Shown here piece after piece: positions 8,384 through 18,697 of a stretch of 40,586 nt of DNA. Under the pieces are notes generated by a model. It was not told the DNA's origin and did no database searches. It saw only the letters and a list, made by a program, of their open reading frames with translations. The DNA is taken from NCBI GenBank assembly GCA_947624845.1, contig CANQMB010000001.1, forward strand, positions 1 to 40,586. Direction: 5' to 3'. Made by a program: the position numbers and the translations under genes. The DNA comes from an uncultured Bacilli bacterium. GTDB taxonomy: Bacteria > Bacillota_I > Bacilli_A > RF39 > UBA660. Numbering within the stretch: the first letter of the stretch is position 1; each line of letters opens with the position of its first letter.

Positions 8384-8746
8384 ATGGTAGTAAAAAGGAA
8401 TATTGCAACTTGTATTATTTTAAGCATTTTCACTTGTGGGATTTATGGGATTTTTTGATTTGTCAGTCTGACAGATGATGTTCGAGTTGTCAGTGGAGAT
8501 GAGAGATTATCAGGAGGTAAATGTTTGTTATTTACCATCCTTACTTGTGGAATCTATAGTTTCTACTGGGCTTATTTGGTTGGAAAAGCAATGATGCAAG
8601 CGAAAGCTAAAAACAATTTGATTGCCGATGATAATTCGATGCTTTATGTGATTTTACAAATTTTTGGTTTAGGAATTGTCACTTACTGTCTAGTACAAAA
8701 TGATTTGAACACGATTGTAGAAGCAAAAGAAGCGAAAGAATCTTAG
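8384..8746 (+). pseudogene. DUF4234-type small membrane protein interrupted by an in-frame TGA (8456-8458) at a conserved Trp position
   Basis: ATG 8384 with SD AAAGGAG. The single frame reads ...LSIFTCGIYGIF*FVSLTDD...LFTILTCGIYSFYWAYLVGK.... The internal duplicate motif has W where the TGA lies. The track ORF 8525-8746 is the downstream part in the same frame. Confidence 0.65.
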
Positions 8747-8776
8747 AATTCTTTTTTCTTCTTCGAAGAGGTTTAT

Positions 8777-9166
8777 ATGAAAAAAAAAATAATCAAACTT
8801 TTAATTATATGTATTTTAGTAATTAGTTATTTAATCGTTGGGAATCAAATTCATTTTTATCTGTTTTGTCCAATTCGAAAACTGACGAGACTATATTGCC
8901 CAGGTTGTGGAGTGACTCGCATGCTTCTCCATATACTTAAAGGAAATTTTTATCAAGCGTTTCGTTATAATCCTCTGTTGTTTATGATGCTTCCTTTTTT
9001 CATTATTTATTATTTTGATTCTTTTTATAGTGAGTATAAACAAAAACCAAGAAAATTTGAACGCTTGGAACCGAAGATTTGGTATTTTTTACTTGTTCTT
9101 TTTATCGGTTATGGTATTTTAAGAAATATCTCTATTTTCTCATTTTTAAAACCTACTTTAGTGTAG
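8777..9166 (+). CDS. DUF2752-family membrane protein
   Basis: CPIRKLTRLYCPGCGVTRMLLHILKGNFYQAFRYNPLLF matches the CP....G..CPGCG.TR...NPL signature. SD GAAGAGG is present. Confidence 0.7.
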   Translation: MKKKIIKLLIICILVISYLIVGNQIHFYLFCPIRKLTRLYCPGCGVTRMLLHILKGNFYQAFRYNPLLFMMLPFFIIYYFDSFYSEYKQKPRKFERLEPKIWYFLLVLFIGYGILRNISIFSFLKPTLV

Positions 9167-9898
9167 GAGAAGGACACAACTAAACATGATAAAAAAGCCA
9201 AGGAGAAAGGCCCGAATTGAGGTCTTTTTATTTTGATAGGAGAATGCATTTGGTAATAGTTCATAGCAAGAAATATGAATCATAATTCCAGCGATCATTG
9301 CAAGGAGAATTCCCATCATATGGGGAGTAATTAATGAACTTAGAAACCAAAAGGAAAGAAGAGCACCCAAAGGTTCTGAAAGAGCAGAAATTAAAGTGTA
9401 GAGAAAAGCTTTTGTCTTCTTTTTTGTCGAATAGTATAGTGGAATTGCAATAGAAATTCCTTCAGGAATATTATGAAGCGCAATCGCAATGGCCAAAGTA
9501 ATTCCCAAAGAGGCATTTTCTTGATAAGAAATAAAAGTAGCAATTCCTTCAGGAATATTATGCATGATAATCGCAAGCATAGAAATAATTCCTAATTTGT
9601 AAAGTTTATTTTCTCTATTCGTTTTCGAATCTAATCTTTGATCGATGAAACTAGAAAATAAAATTCCAATAACTATAAAAATCGATGAAATTAAAATACT
9701 TGGAAAGGTCGAATAAATATTTTGTAAATAGGAAAGAGATTCAGGGATGAGATCGATGACAGAGACCGTAATCATGACTCCAGCAGAAAAACTTAAACAA
9801 AAATTAATGAGACGATCTTTTTTTTGTATCGGAAACAAAATAGGAATCATTCCTAGTAAAGTAGAAAAACCAGCGAGAGAAGTTATTAAAAAAGCCAT
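9158..9898 (-). CDS. ZIP-family divalent metal (zinc) transporter
   Basis: Polytopic protein with duplicated HNIPEGIA / HNIPEGISIA motifs typical of ZupT/ZIP permeases. Confidence 0.8.
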   Translation of the reverse strand: MAFLITSLAGFSTLLGMIPILFPIQKKDRLINFCLSFSAGVMITVSVIDLIPESLSYLQNIYSTFPSILISSIFIVIGILFSSFIDQRLDSKTNRENKLYKLGIISMLAIIMHNIPEGIATFISYQENASLGITLAIAIALHNIPEGISIAIPLYYSTKKKTKAFLYTLISALSEPLGALLSFWFLSSLITPHMMGILLAMIAGIMIHISCYELLPNAFSYQNKKTSIRAFLLGFFIMFSCVLLLH

Positions 9899-9970
9899 GG
9901 AATCACCTAATTTTATTTATGTATTTTTATTTTGATTTATGTTAAAATAAAAAAAGAAATGAGGCTTTTT

Positions 9971-10576
9971 ATGAATTATGATATCCAAATGGAAGAGCAG
10001 ATAAAGACGATCAAGGAGGGAGATTCTCTTTTGTTACATGTATGTTGTGCTCCTTGTTCTTCTGCTGTATTAGAGCGATTGGGTAATTTCTTTTCGATTA
10101 CTTGTTTTTTTTATAATCCGAATATTACGGATTTTGAAGAATATCAAAAAAGATTGAATGAATTACAAAAATTTTTATCTAGAATTCCTACCAAATATCC
10201 CATTCAACTCCTAGAAGGAAAATATCAACCAGAAGAATTTTTTAAAATTAGTCAGGGATTGGAAGAGGAAAAAGAAAGAGGCAAAAGATGTTATTTATGT
10301 TATCAATTGCGTCTAAGAAAAACAGCTGAAGAAGCGAGTCTAAGGGGATTTTCTTATTTTGCTACGACGCTAACTTTAAGTCCTTATAAAAATAGTCAAT
10401 TTGTCAATGAAATTGGTACTAATTTAGATCAAGAATATACCTCTACTTATTTATATAGTGATTTTAAAAAGAAAGGTGGGTACCAGAGAAGTATTGAATT
10501 ATCGAAAGAGTACCATCTGTATCGACAAGATTATTGTGGGTGTATTTATTCTAAAAGAACAAAGAAGGAAGAATAA
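9971..10576 (+). CDS. queH: Epoxyqueuosine reductase QueH (DUF208)
   Basis: LLLHVCCAPCSS, FFYNPNI, LTLSPYKN and YRQDYCGCIYS are QueH hallmarks. I prefer the ATG at 9971 to the track start at 9932. Confidence 0.8.
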   Translation: MNYDIQMEEQIKTIKEGDSLLLHVCCAPCSSAVLERLGNFFSITCFFYNPNITDFEEYQKRLNELQKFLSRIPTKYPIQLLEGKYQPEEFFKISQGLEEEKERGKRCYLCYQLRLRKTAEEASLRGFSYFATTLTLSPYKNSQFVNEIGTNLDQEYTSTYLYSDFKKKGGYQRSIELSKEYHLYRQDYCGCIYSKRTKKEE

Positions 10577-10583
10577 TGTATAT

Positions 10584-10612
10584 TTGCAATTATAAAAATC
10601 ATAGTTTATAAT
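10584..10612 (+). promoter_or_regulatory. Sigma-A-type promoter upstream of murC
   Basis: TTGCAA (10584-10589), a 17-bp spacer and TATAAT (10607-10612). Confidence 0.55.
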
Positions 10613-10632
10613 GAAAAAGAGAAGGTGAAAAT

Positions 10633-11940
10633 ATGAAATATTATTGTTTAGGAATTAAAGGGACTGGGATGTCTACTCTTGCACAGATTTTAAAAGACTT
10701 AGGAAATGATGTGTGTGGATATGATGATGCCAAAGAAGAAAAATTTACGCAAGTAGGATTGGAAAAAAGAAATATAAAGATTTATTATGATCATGATCAT
10801 GATTTAGATAAGGATACGATTGTAACTCATTCAGTCGCTTTAAGCGAAGATCACGAAGAATTAAAAAGAGTGAAAAAAATGGGCCTTAAAGTTAAAAAGT
10901 ATAGTGAAATTGTCGGAGATGTCGTTTCTATGTTTGATACGATTGCCGTTGCCGGGACTCATGGAAAAACGACCACTTCTTCTTTAGTGAGACATATTTT
11001 AGAAGATACTGTCGGTTGTAATTATTTTATAGGAGCTGGAGATGGTCATGCCAGTTTAGATCACTCTTATTTTGTAATTGAAGCGGATGAGTTTAATAAA
11101 CATTTTCTAGATTATTATCCAAAATATGCGATTATTACCAACATGGAAAAAGAACATATGGAATGTTACCGAGATTTGGATGATATCATCGCTTCCTTTT
11201 CTCAATTTGCCAATCAGACAAAAGAGTTTGTCGTTGCTTGTGGGGATAATGAAAATGTACGAAAGATGAACAGCAATAAAAAAATCTATTACTACGGATT
11301 TCAAGATCAAAATGACATTGTTGCCAAAAATGTCAAATTGACAAAAGAGGGATCTGAATTCGATGTGTATGTCGATCAAGAATTATTGGGACATTTTGCA
11401 GTGCCATTATTTGGAAATCATATGGTTTTAAATGCCACAGCAGCAATCTTTCTATGTACCAAGTTAGGAATTACCAAAGAGCAGATTGAAAAATCTCTTC
11501 ATACATTTAAAAATGCCAAACGCCGTTTTGCAGAAGAGATAGTAGGAGATACTGTAATTATTGATGATTATGCACACCATCCAACAGAAATTAAAGTAAC
11601 GCTAGAAGCAGTCAAACAAAAATATCCCGATCGAAAGATCGTCGTCGTTTTCAAACCAAACACTTATTCCAGAACGAAAGATTTTACTCAAGAGTTTATC
11701 GATGCACTGAATACGGTCGATAAAGCCTATGTGACTGAAATTGAATGTAATCGGGAAAAACAAGAGGATTATCCAGGCATTAATTCTAAACTTTTAGTAG
11801 ATGGATTAAAAAATGGAACTTTAATTCATGATGATAACGATGTTTCAAAATTGAAAGAGGAAAAAGGAAATGTCGTCTGTTTCATGAGTTGTGCTTATAT
11901 AAATCATCTAATTGATCATTTTAAAGAAAGTATTCAATAA
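10633..11940 (+). CDS. murC: UDP-N-acetylmuramate--L-alanine ligase
   Basis: N-terminal GIKGTGMSTLAQIL, P-loop AVAGTHGKTTTSS, and DDYAHHPTEI in the C-terminal domain. The 435-aa size fits MurC. Confidence 0.9.
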   Translation: MKYYCLGIKGTGMSTLAQILKDLGNDVCGYDDAKEEKFTQVGLEKRNIKIYYDHDHDLDKDTIVTHSVALSEDHEELKRVKKMGLKVKKYSEIVGDVVSMFDTIAVAGTHGKTTTSSLVRHILEDTVGCNYFIGAGDGHASLDHSYFVIEADEFNKHFLDYYPKYAIITNMEKEHMECYRDLDDIIASFSQFANQTKEFVVACGDNENVRKMNSNKKIYYYGFQDQNDIVAKNVKLTKEGSEFDVYVDQELLGHFAVPLFGNHMVLNATAAIFLCTKLGITKEQIEKSLHTFKNAKRRFAEEIVGDTVIIDDYAHHPTEIKVTLEAVKQKYPDRKIVVVFKPNTYSRTKDFTQEFIDALNTVDKAYVTEIECNREKQEDYPGINSKLLVDGLKNGTLIHDDNDVSKLKEEKGNVVCFMSCAYINHLIDHFKESIQ

Positions 11941-11945
11941 ACAAG

Positions 11946-11968
11946 AAAATGCATGTCATGCATTTTTT
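11946..11968 (+). terminator. Intrinsic terminator after murC
   Basis: aaaatgcat / atgcatttt hairpin followed by a T-run. Confidence 0.5.
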
Positions 11969-12041
11969 GTATGGGAAAAGTTCAATTAATTTTATTTGAC
12001 TTTCTCTTTTTCTTTCGCTATCCTAAAAATAGGAGTAGGTT

Positions 12042-12659
12042 ATGGATAATTATCAATATGAAAGAAATTTAAGAAGACAAGGCATCTCTTTGATCGCCGG
12101 CGTAGATGAAGTAGGAAGAGGACCTTTGGTTGGACCTGTAGTAGCAGCCTGTGTCGTTCTTCCAGAAAAGTTTGAATTAGAAGGATTGACGGATTCTAAA
12201 AAATTAAGTGAGAAAAAAAGAGAATATTTTGATCAAGAAATTAAAAGGCAAGCGTTAGGAATTGGAATTGGAATCGTATCTGAAAAAAGAATTGATGAAA
12301 TCAATATATATGAGGCAACAAAAGAAGCGATGAAAATGGCCATTGCCAATTGTAAAGTAAAACCTCAGCATGTCTTAATTGATGCGATGCCCTTAGATAT
12401 CGATATACCGACAACTTCAATTATCAAAGGAGATTTAAAAAGTATTACAATCTCAGCTGCTTCCGTGATTGCCAAAGTGAAAAGAGATCATATGTTACTC
12501 GAATTAGATAAAAAATATCCAATGTATGATTTTGTTCATAATAAGGGATATCCAACCAAAAAACATTTAGATGCGATTTCAAAATATGGAATTATCGAAG
12601 AACATCGACAAAGCTATGGACCTGTTAAAAAATATTTGGAAGAAAGTGATATAAAATGA
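12042..12659 (+). CDS. rnhB: Ribonuclease HII
   Basis: [27 protein letters not shown] and the [10 protein letters not shown] motif. 205 aa. Confidence 0.9.
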   Translation: MDNYQYERNLRRQGISLIAGVDEVGRGPLVGPVVAACVVLPEKFELEGLTDSKKLSEKKREYFDQEIKRQALGIGIGIVSEKRIDEINIYEATKEAMKMAIANCKVKPQHVLIDAMPLDIDIPTTSIIKGDLKSITISAASVIAKVKRDHMLLELDKKYPMYDFVHNKGYPTKKHLDAISKYGIIEEHRQSYGPVKKYLEESDIK

Positions 12660-13234
12660 ATAAAAAATTAAAAAACTTAGATATTTCACCTGATTTTTAT
12701 ACTCACTCTAGTACAATGGAAGATTTTTTAAAAATAGTAAAGAAATGTAAAGATAAAAAAGATCTATCCTATCACATCAAAAGACAACTGATGAGTACCC
12801 AAGATTCTTATTTTACTGATTTTAGTTTCTTGATGGGACTGCAATTTGGGGTTTATAATCTCTATGCTTATCATTATATTTCTTGGAATGTCAAAAAAAG
12901 GTTGACAAATTCGGATCCAAGCGAAGAGGAAAGTAGAGAGGTAATTCAAAATTATGGATCTGCAATTGCCAAATATATAGAAAAAAAATATCATATTGGA
13001 AAAGAATATACGGATCGAATCATGAAAGATTTATTTCGCATCAAAGAAGATAATCCTTATTTTCAAAATGAAATTGTCGAAGACATTGGTAAAATGATGA
13101 TGTCTTATTATATGATGTTTCAAGGAAAAGAAATAAAAAAGAATCGATATATTGTGAATGATTTTTTTGAAACAGGGAAAGCGATTTTGTTTTTTGATCA
13201 AAATAATACAGAAAAACAAATAAGAAAATCATAG
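12656..13234 (+). CDS. Hypothetical cytoplasmic protein, translationally coupled to rnhB
   Basis: The ATGA start/stop overlap is at 12656-12659. The 192-aa ORF has no TM segment and no motif I recognise. Confidence 0.5.
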   Translation: MNKKLKNLDISPDFYTHSSTMEDFLKIVKKCKDKKDLSYHIKRQLMSTQDSYFTDFSFLMGLQFGVYNLYAYHYISWNVKKRLTNSDPSEEESREVIQNYGSAIAKYIEKKYHIGKEYTDRIMKDLFRIKEDNPYFQNEIVEDIGKMMMSYYMMFQGKEIKKNRYIVNDFFETGKAILFFDQNNTEKQIRKS

Positions 13235-13304
13235 GCGTATTTTGTTTTTTCTTGACTATAATATAATAGAAACATAAAATACATAAAAAGGAAGGAAGAA
13301 CTTT

Positions 13305-15329
13305 ATGAAAAAGAATTTAGTCATTGTCGAAAGTCCTAGTAAAAGTAAGACGATTGAAAAATATTTGGGAAATGATTATAAAGTTGTCTCTAGTAAAGGT
13401 CATATCCGAGATTTAGCGACAACGGGAAAATATGGTTTGGGTGTCGATATTGAAAATGGATTTCAACCGAATTATATTCCTATTGCTAGACAAAAAAAAT
13501 TAATTCAAGAGTTGAAAAAAGATGTTAAAAATTCAGATATGGTCTATTTGGCTAGCGACCCAGATCGAGAAGGAGAAGCGATCGCTTGGCATTTAAAGGA
13601 TACTCTAGGAATTCAAGATGAAAAATATCGTCGTGTGTTATTTAATGAGATTACCCATGATAAAGTTTTAGATGCCATTGCGCATCCGACTTTGATCGAT
13701 CAAAACTTGGTACACAGTCAAGAGACCAGAAGAATATTAGATCGTATTATTGGTTTTCGTTTGAGTAAATTGCTTCAAAATAAAATCGGGGCGAAAAGTG
13801 CAGGTCGTGTTCAAAGTGTAGCCTTGAAATTAATCGTCGATAGAGAACGAGAAATTATGGCCTTTGTTCCAGAAGAATATTACACGATTACTACCCATTT
13901 TCCATCATTTGATGCGAATTTATTTCAGTATCAAAAAAAAGAAATTGAACTAAAAACAGAAAAAGAAGCCGATGAAGTATTAAAAAAATTAACGGATACT
14001 TATAATGTTTTTCAAATCGAAGAAAAAAAGAAAGATCGTAAAAGTAAATTTCCTTTTATTACTTCTACCTTACAACAAGAAGCATCTACTAAATTAGGTT
14101 TCAAAGCAAAGAAGACGATGATGATTGCCCAAAAATTGTATGAAGGAGTCGATTTAGATCAGGAGACTGTCGGTCTGATTACTTATATGAGAACAGATTC
14201 TACTAGACTAAGTGATGAGTTCATAAAACCGACGATTCAATATATTACGAAAAACTATGGTAAAGAATATGTAGGCTACGTCAAAAAAACAAAAAAGACC
14301 GAAAATGTTCAGGATGCTCATGAAGCGATTCGACCAACGAGTATCATGAGAACACCTGAGGATGTAAAACCGTATTTAAAAAGTGATGAATTTAAATTGT
14401 ATAGTTTAATTTATAAGAGAACTTTAGCTTCACTCATGGCCGATGCTAAAGTGAATCAAACGACGGTACTATTGGAAAATGCAGATTATGTATTTAAAGT
14501 AACGGGGCAAGTACTAATTTTTGATGGATACTTAAAAGTGTATGGCGATTATGAAAGTAGTGAAGAGAAAATCTTGCCAGAACTGAAAGAAGGAGAGCAT
14601 TTAGTCAGCAGGGATGTTGAAAAAGAACAACACTTTACGAAACCAAAAGCGAGATATACAGAAGCGAAATTAATTAAAGAAATGGAAGAATTGGGAATCG
14701 GAAGACCTTCTACTTATGCTAAAACTTTAGACACAATTCAAGAGCGAGGTTATGTGGTTTTAGAAGATAAAAAATTTAAGCCTACCGAAATTGGTATCGA
14801 TACGACGGATAAATTACAGGAATTCTTTTCGGATTTAATTAATGTTGAGTATACAAAACAAATGGAAGAAGATTTAGATGAAATTGCTTTAGGGAAGAGA
14901 GTATGGAATCAAGTATTAGACAACTTTTATCAGCTGTTTGAACCGAGAGTGACCAATGCTTTTTCTGATATGGAGAAGAAGGCACCAGAAGAAACAGGGG
15001 AAAATTGTCCAAAATGTGGAAGTCCATTAGTCATTCGCAAAGGAAGATATGGAGAATTCGTTGCATGTAGCAATTATCCAGAATGCAAATATGTCCAAAA
15101 GGAAGAAAAAGAAGAGAAAGTAATTATGAATTGTCCTCTTTGTGATGGAAAAGTAATTGAAAAAAAGACACGCCGTGGGAAAATCTTTTATGGTTGTAAC
15201 CAATATCCAAAATGTAAATTTGCCTCTTGGGATTTACCTCTAGAGGAAAAATGTCCAGAGTGCGGAGCTTATTTAGTTTCCAAAAATGGAAAAATAAAAT
15301 GTAGTAGTTGCAGCTATGAAAAAAAATAA
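13305..15329 (+). CDS. topA: DNA topoisomerase I
   Basis: The Toprim start is LVIVESPSKSKTIEKYLG, with DPDREGEAIAWH. The active-site region is ITYMRTDST. The C-terminus carries three CxxC...CxxC zinc ribbons. Confidence 0.95.
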   Translation: MKKNLVIVESPSKSKTIEKYLGNDYKVVSSKGHIRDLATTGKYGLGVDIENGFQPNYIPIARQKKLIQELKKDVKNSDMVYLASDPDREGEAIAWHLKDTLGIQDEKYRRVLFNEITHDKVLDAIAHPTLIDQNLVHSQETRRILDRIIGFRLSKLLQNKIGAKSAGRVQSVALKLIVDREREIMAFVPEEYYTITTHFPSFDANLFQYQKKEIELKTEKEADEVLKKLTDTYNVFQIEEKKKDRKSKFPFITSTLQQEASTKLGFKAKKTMMIAQKLYEGVDLDQETVGLITYMRTDSTRLSDEFIKPTIQYITKNYGKEYVGYVKKTKKTENVQDAHEAIRPTSIMRTPEDVKPYLKSDEFKLYSLIYKRTLASLMADAKVNQTTVLLENADYVFKVTGQVLIFDGYLKVYGDYESSEEKILPELKEGEHLVSRDVEKEQHFTKPKARYTEAKLIKEMEELGIGRPSTYAKTLDTIQERGYVVLEDKKFKPTEIGIDTTDKLQEFFSDLINVEYTKQMEEDLDEIALGKRVWNQVLDNFYQLFEPRVTNAFSDMEKKAPEETGENCPKCGSPLVIRKGRYGEFVACSNYPECKYVQKEEKEEKVIMNCPLCDGKVIEKKTRRGKIFYGCNQYPKCKFASWDLPLEEKCPECGAYLVSKNGKIKCSSCSYEKK

Positions 15330-15337
15330 TAGACATA

Positions 15338-15365
15338 AAATATGTAAATTTTACATATTTTTTTA
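15338..15365 (+). terminator. Intrinsic terminator after topA
   Basis: aaatatgta (15338-15346) pairs with tacatattt (15352-15360), followed by a T-run. Confidence 0.55.
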
Positions 15366-15426
15366 TGGTGTTTTACATATGAATTTGTTATACTAAATAA
15401 TGTGAAAGCAAAAGGAGGATGATAAA

Positions 15427-18057
15427 ATGAAGTATGTGTATACCTTCAGTGAAGGAAACAAAGATATGCGAAATCTATTAGGAGGAAAAGGAGCCAATCT
15501 TGCAGAGATGACGAGTATTGGATTACCGGTCCCTCAAGGATTTACGATTACGACAGAAGCTTGTACCAAATATTATGAAGATGGTAAAAATATTAATGAA
15601 GAAATTCAGGAACAAATTAATGAATATATTGAAAAATTGGAACAAATAACGGGAAAGAAATTCGGAGATAAAGAAAATCCACTTTTAGTTTCCGTTCGAT
15701 CTGGTGCCAGAGCTTCTATGCCAGGAATGATGGATACTATTTTGAATTTAGGATTAAATGAAGAAGTGGTCGATGTTTTAGCTTCAAAATCTGGAAATCC
15801 ACGTTGGGCTTGGGATTGTTATCGACGTTTTATACAAATGTATTCCGATGTCGTTATGGAAGTTGGTAAAAAATATTTTGAGCAATTAATTGATCAAATG
15901 AAAGAAAAAAAAGGTGTCACTCAAGATATTGAACTTTCAGCAGAAGATTTGAAAGAATTAGCAAATCAGTTTAAAAAAGAATATAAAGATAAAGTGGGAA
16001 CAGAATTTCCAACAGATCCAAAAGAACAATTAATGGGTGCTGTAAAGGCAGTATTCCGCAGTTGGGATAATCCGAGAGCCAATGTCTATCGTCGTGATAA
16101 TGATATTCCGTATTCTTGGGGAACTGCAGTCAATGTTCAAGCCATGGCTTTTGGTAATATGGGAGATGATTGTGGAACCGGAGTTGCCTTTACTCGAGAT
16201 CCAGCGACTGGGGAAAAAGGATTGTTTGGTGAATTTTTAACGAATGCACAAGGAGAAGATGTCGTTGCCGGAGTTCGTACTCCAATGCATATTAGTGAAA
16301 TGGAAGAACAATTTCCAGAAGCCTTCCAACAATTTAAAGAAGTTTGCCAGATTTTAGAGAAGCATTATCGTGATATGCAAGATATGGAATTTACGGTAGA
16401 ACATGGAAAGCTTTACATGTTACAAACTAGAAATGGAAAAAGAACGGCTCAAGCCGCTTTGAAAATTGCCTGTGATTTAGTGGATGAGGGTATGCGTACC
16501 GAAGAAGAAGCCGTTGAAATGATTGATCCAAGAAATTTGGATACTTTATTACATCCTCAATTTGATTCAAAAGCATTGAAAGAAGCAACACCAATTGGGA
16601 AAGGCCTTGGTGCATCTCCAGGAGCGGCTTGTGGTAAAATTGTATTTACTGCAGAAGATGCTGTAGAATGGAATGAACGCGGAGAAAAAGTAGTCCTTGT
16701 ACGACTTGAAACTTCTCCAGAAGATATTACAGGAATGAAAGTAAGTCAAGGAATTTTAACTGTCCGTGGAGGAATGACGAGTCATGCTGCTGTTGTTGCT
16801 CGTGGAATGGGTACTTGCTGTGTTTCTGGTTGTGGTGAAATTGTAATGGATGAAGAAAATAAATGTTTTACCTTAAAAGGAAAGACTTATCATGAAGGAG
16901 ATGCAATTTCAATCGATGGATCTACAGGAAATATCTACGATGGTTTAATTCCAACTGTCGATGCAACGATTGCAGGTGAATTTGGTCGCGTGATGAAGTG
17001 GGCAGATCAAATTCGTACTTTAAAAGTAAGAACAAATGCAGATACACCAAAAGATGCCAAAAAAGCAAAAGAATTAGGAGCTGAAGGTATTGGTTTATGT
17101 CGTACGGAACACATGTTCTTTGAAGAAGATCGAATTGCAGCTTTCCGAGAGATGATTTGTGCGGATACAAAAGAAGAAAGAGAAAAGGCTCTTGACAAGA
17201 TTTTGCCTTATCAACAGGGAGATTTTGAAGCCCTTTATGAAGCTTTGGAAGGATATCCAGTAACCATTCGTTTTCTAGATCCTCCTCTTCATGAATTTGT
17301 TCCAGTGGAAGAAGCAGATATTAAAAAGTTGGCAGATGCTCAAGGAAAATCAGTAGAGGATATTAAAAACTTAATTGCTTCTTTACATGAATTTAATCCA
17401 ATGATGGGACATCGTGGTTGTCGTTTGGCAGTAACTTATCCAGAAATTGCAACGATGCAGACTAGAGCGGTGATTCGTGCTGCAATTAATATTAAGAAAA
17501 AACATCCTGATTGGGAAATTAAACCAGAAATTATGATTCCATTGGTATGCGAAGTAAAAGAGTTGAAGTTTGTAAAAAAAGTCGTTGTCGATGCTGCAGA
17601 TGAAGAAATTTCAAAAGCGGACATTGATTTAGAATATGAAGTGGGTACGATGATTGAAATCCCACGTGCGGCATTAACAGCAGATGAAATTGCAAAAGAA
17701 GCTGATTTCTTCTGTTTTGGAACGAATGATTTAACACAGATGACTTTTGGATTTTCTCGTGATGATGCTGGAAAATTCTTAAACGCTTACTATGATGCTA
17801 AAATTTTGGAAAATGATCCATTTGCAAAATTAGATCAAACTGGCGTTGGTAAGTTAATGGAAACAGCAGTAAAATTAGGAAAACCAGAGAATCCAAATTT
17901 ACATATTGGAATTTGTGGTGAACATGGTGGAGATCCATCCTCTGTTGAGTTCTGCCATAAAATTGGTCTGGACTATGTATCTTGTTCTCCATACCGTGTG
18001 CCAATTGCAAGATTAGCAGCAGCACAAGCTGCAATTAAAGAAAAAGCAAATAAATAG
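15427..18057 (+). CDS. ppdK: Pyruvate, phosphate dikinase
   Basis: 876 aa. N-terminal GGKGANLAEM, the phosphohistidine motif GGMTSHAAVVARGMG, and the PEP-utilising C-terminal motif GICGE. Confidence 0.95.
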   Translation: MKYVYTFSEGNKDMRNLLGGKGANLAEMTSIGLPVPQGFTITTEACTKYYEDGKNINEEIQEQINEYIEKLEQITGKKFGDKENPLLVSVRSGARASMPGMMDTILNLGLNEEVVDVLASKSGNPRWAWDCYRRFIQMYSDVVMEVGKKYFEQLIDQMKEKKGVTQDIELSAEDLKELANQFKKEYKDKVGTEFPTDPKEQLMGAVKAVFRSWDNPRANVYRRDNDIPYSWGTAVNVQAMAFGNMGDDCGTGVAFTRDPATGEKGLFGEFLTNAQGEDVVAGVRTPMHISEMEEQFPEAFQQFKEVCQILEKHYRDMQDMEFTVEHGKLYMLQTRNGKRTAQAALKIACDLVDEGMRTEEEAVEMIDPRNLDTLLHPQFDSKALKEATPIGKGLGASPGAACGKIVFTAEDAVEWNERGEKVVLVRLETSPEDITGMKVSQGILTVRGGMTSHAAVVARGMGTCCVSGCGEIVMDEENKCFTLKGKTYHEGDAISIDGSTGNIYDGLIPTVDATIAGEFGRVMKWADQIRTLKVRTNADTPKDAKKAKELGAEGIGLCRTEHMFFEEDRIAAFREMICADTKEEREKALDKILPYQQGDFEALYEALEGYPVTIRFLDPPLHEFVPVEEADIKKLADAQGKSVEDIKNLIASLHEFNPMMGHRGCRLAVTYPEIATMQTRAVIRAAINIKKKHPDWEIKPEIMIPLVCEVKELKFVKKVVVDAADEEISKADIDLEYEVGTMIEIPRAALTADEIAKEADFFCFGTNDLTQMTFGFSRDDAGKFLNAYYDAKILENDPFAKLDQTGVGKLMETAVKLGKPENPNLHIGICGEHGGDPSSVEFCHKIGLDYVSCSPYRVPIARLAAAQAAIKEKANK

Positions 18058-18066
18058 TGATCAATT

Positions 18067-18103
18067 AAGACTAAGATATTAAATTGCATATCTTAGTCTT
18101 TTT
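18067..18103 (+). terminator. Intrinsic terminator after ppdK
   Basis: A 13-bp stem, aagactaagatat (18067-18079) with atatcttagtctt (18088-18100), followed by a T-run. Confidence 0.75.
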
Positions 18104-18185
18104 AAGAATAATGTGTCAAGGTTTGAAAATAACAAATTAAATTTAATATAAAGTAAAAAAATAGAAGATAGCTAATATGAGAAAT

Positions 18186-18214
18186 TTGCAAGAGGTTAAG
18201 TTTTAATATATAAT
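18186..18214 (+). promoter_or_regulatory. Sigma-A-type promoter for the zinc-ribbon gene
   Basis: TTGCAA (18186-18191), a 17-bp spacer and TATAAT (18209-18214). Confidence 0.55.
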
Positions 18215-18249
18215 AGAAATGAATAAAAAATATAAGGAGGAAAAAATAT

Positions 18250-18633
18250 ATGGCTCTAATTAAATGTAAAGAATGCGGAAAAGAAGTTAGTGATAAAGCG
18301 GCAACTTGTCCAAATTGTGGATGCCCAATATTTGAAAAAAAGGAAGAAAGTAAAGTAATTATTTTTGGACTAAGTCAAATGGGTTTGCTTGGTGGAAAAT
18401 TAAAAATTTATGTGGATGGAGAATTCGTTGGTGAGGTTAAAAAAGGACAGAATTTAGAAATTCCAATTGAAAAGGATTGTACTATTTCAGCAAAATGTGG
18501 TATAAATCCAAGCAAAGGAAAGATAGATGTTAAAGCAGGGAAAACAACAAAAATTAAATATGAATATAATCGAATTTCTGGTTGTTTTATCCCATGTATT
18601 GTAGATGAGGTTACAAATACAGTCAATTATTAA
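18250..18633 (+). CDS. Zinc-ribbon domain protein with a C-terminal beta-rich domain
   Basis: The N-terminal CKECGKEVSDKAATCPNCGCP is a CxxC-x12-CxxC ribbon. A strong SD (AAGGAGGA) is present. 127 aa. Confidence 0.65.
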   Translation: MALIKCKECGKEVSDKAATCPNCGCPIFEKKEESKVIIFGLSQMGLLGGKLKIYVDGEFVGEVKKGQNLEIPIEKDCTISAKCGINPSKGKIDVKAGKTTKIKYEYNRISGCFIPCIVDEVTNTVNY

Positions 18634-18661
18634 AATCACAATATAATAAAAAAAATTAAAC

Positions 18662-18697
18662 AAGGGTTCTATTTTAAGATAGAACCCTATTTTTTTA
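18662..18697 (+). terminator. Intrinsic terminator (copy A of a near-identical terminator pair)
   Basis: gggttctat (18664-18672) pairs with atagaaccc (18679-18687), then TATTTTTTT. Confidence 0.75.

Noticed and set aside
9899-9970. Direct repeat ATTTATGT (x2, 21 bp apart) between the ZIP transporter and queH, as a Zur-type operator
   Set aside because: It does not resemble the palindromic Zur box known from Bacillota. Short AT-rich repeats are expected by chance in this composition.
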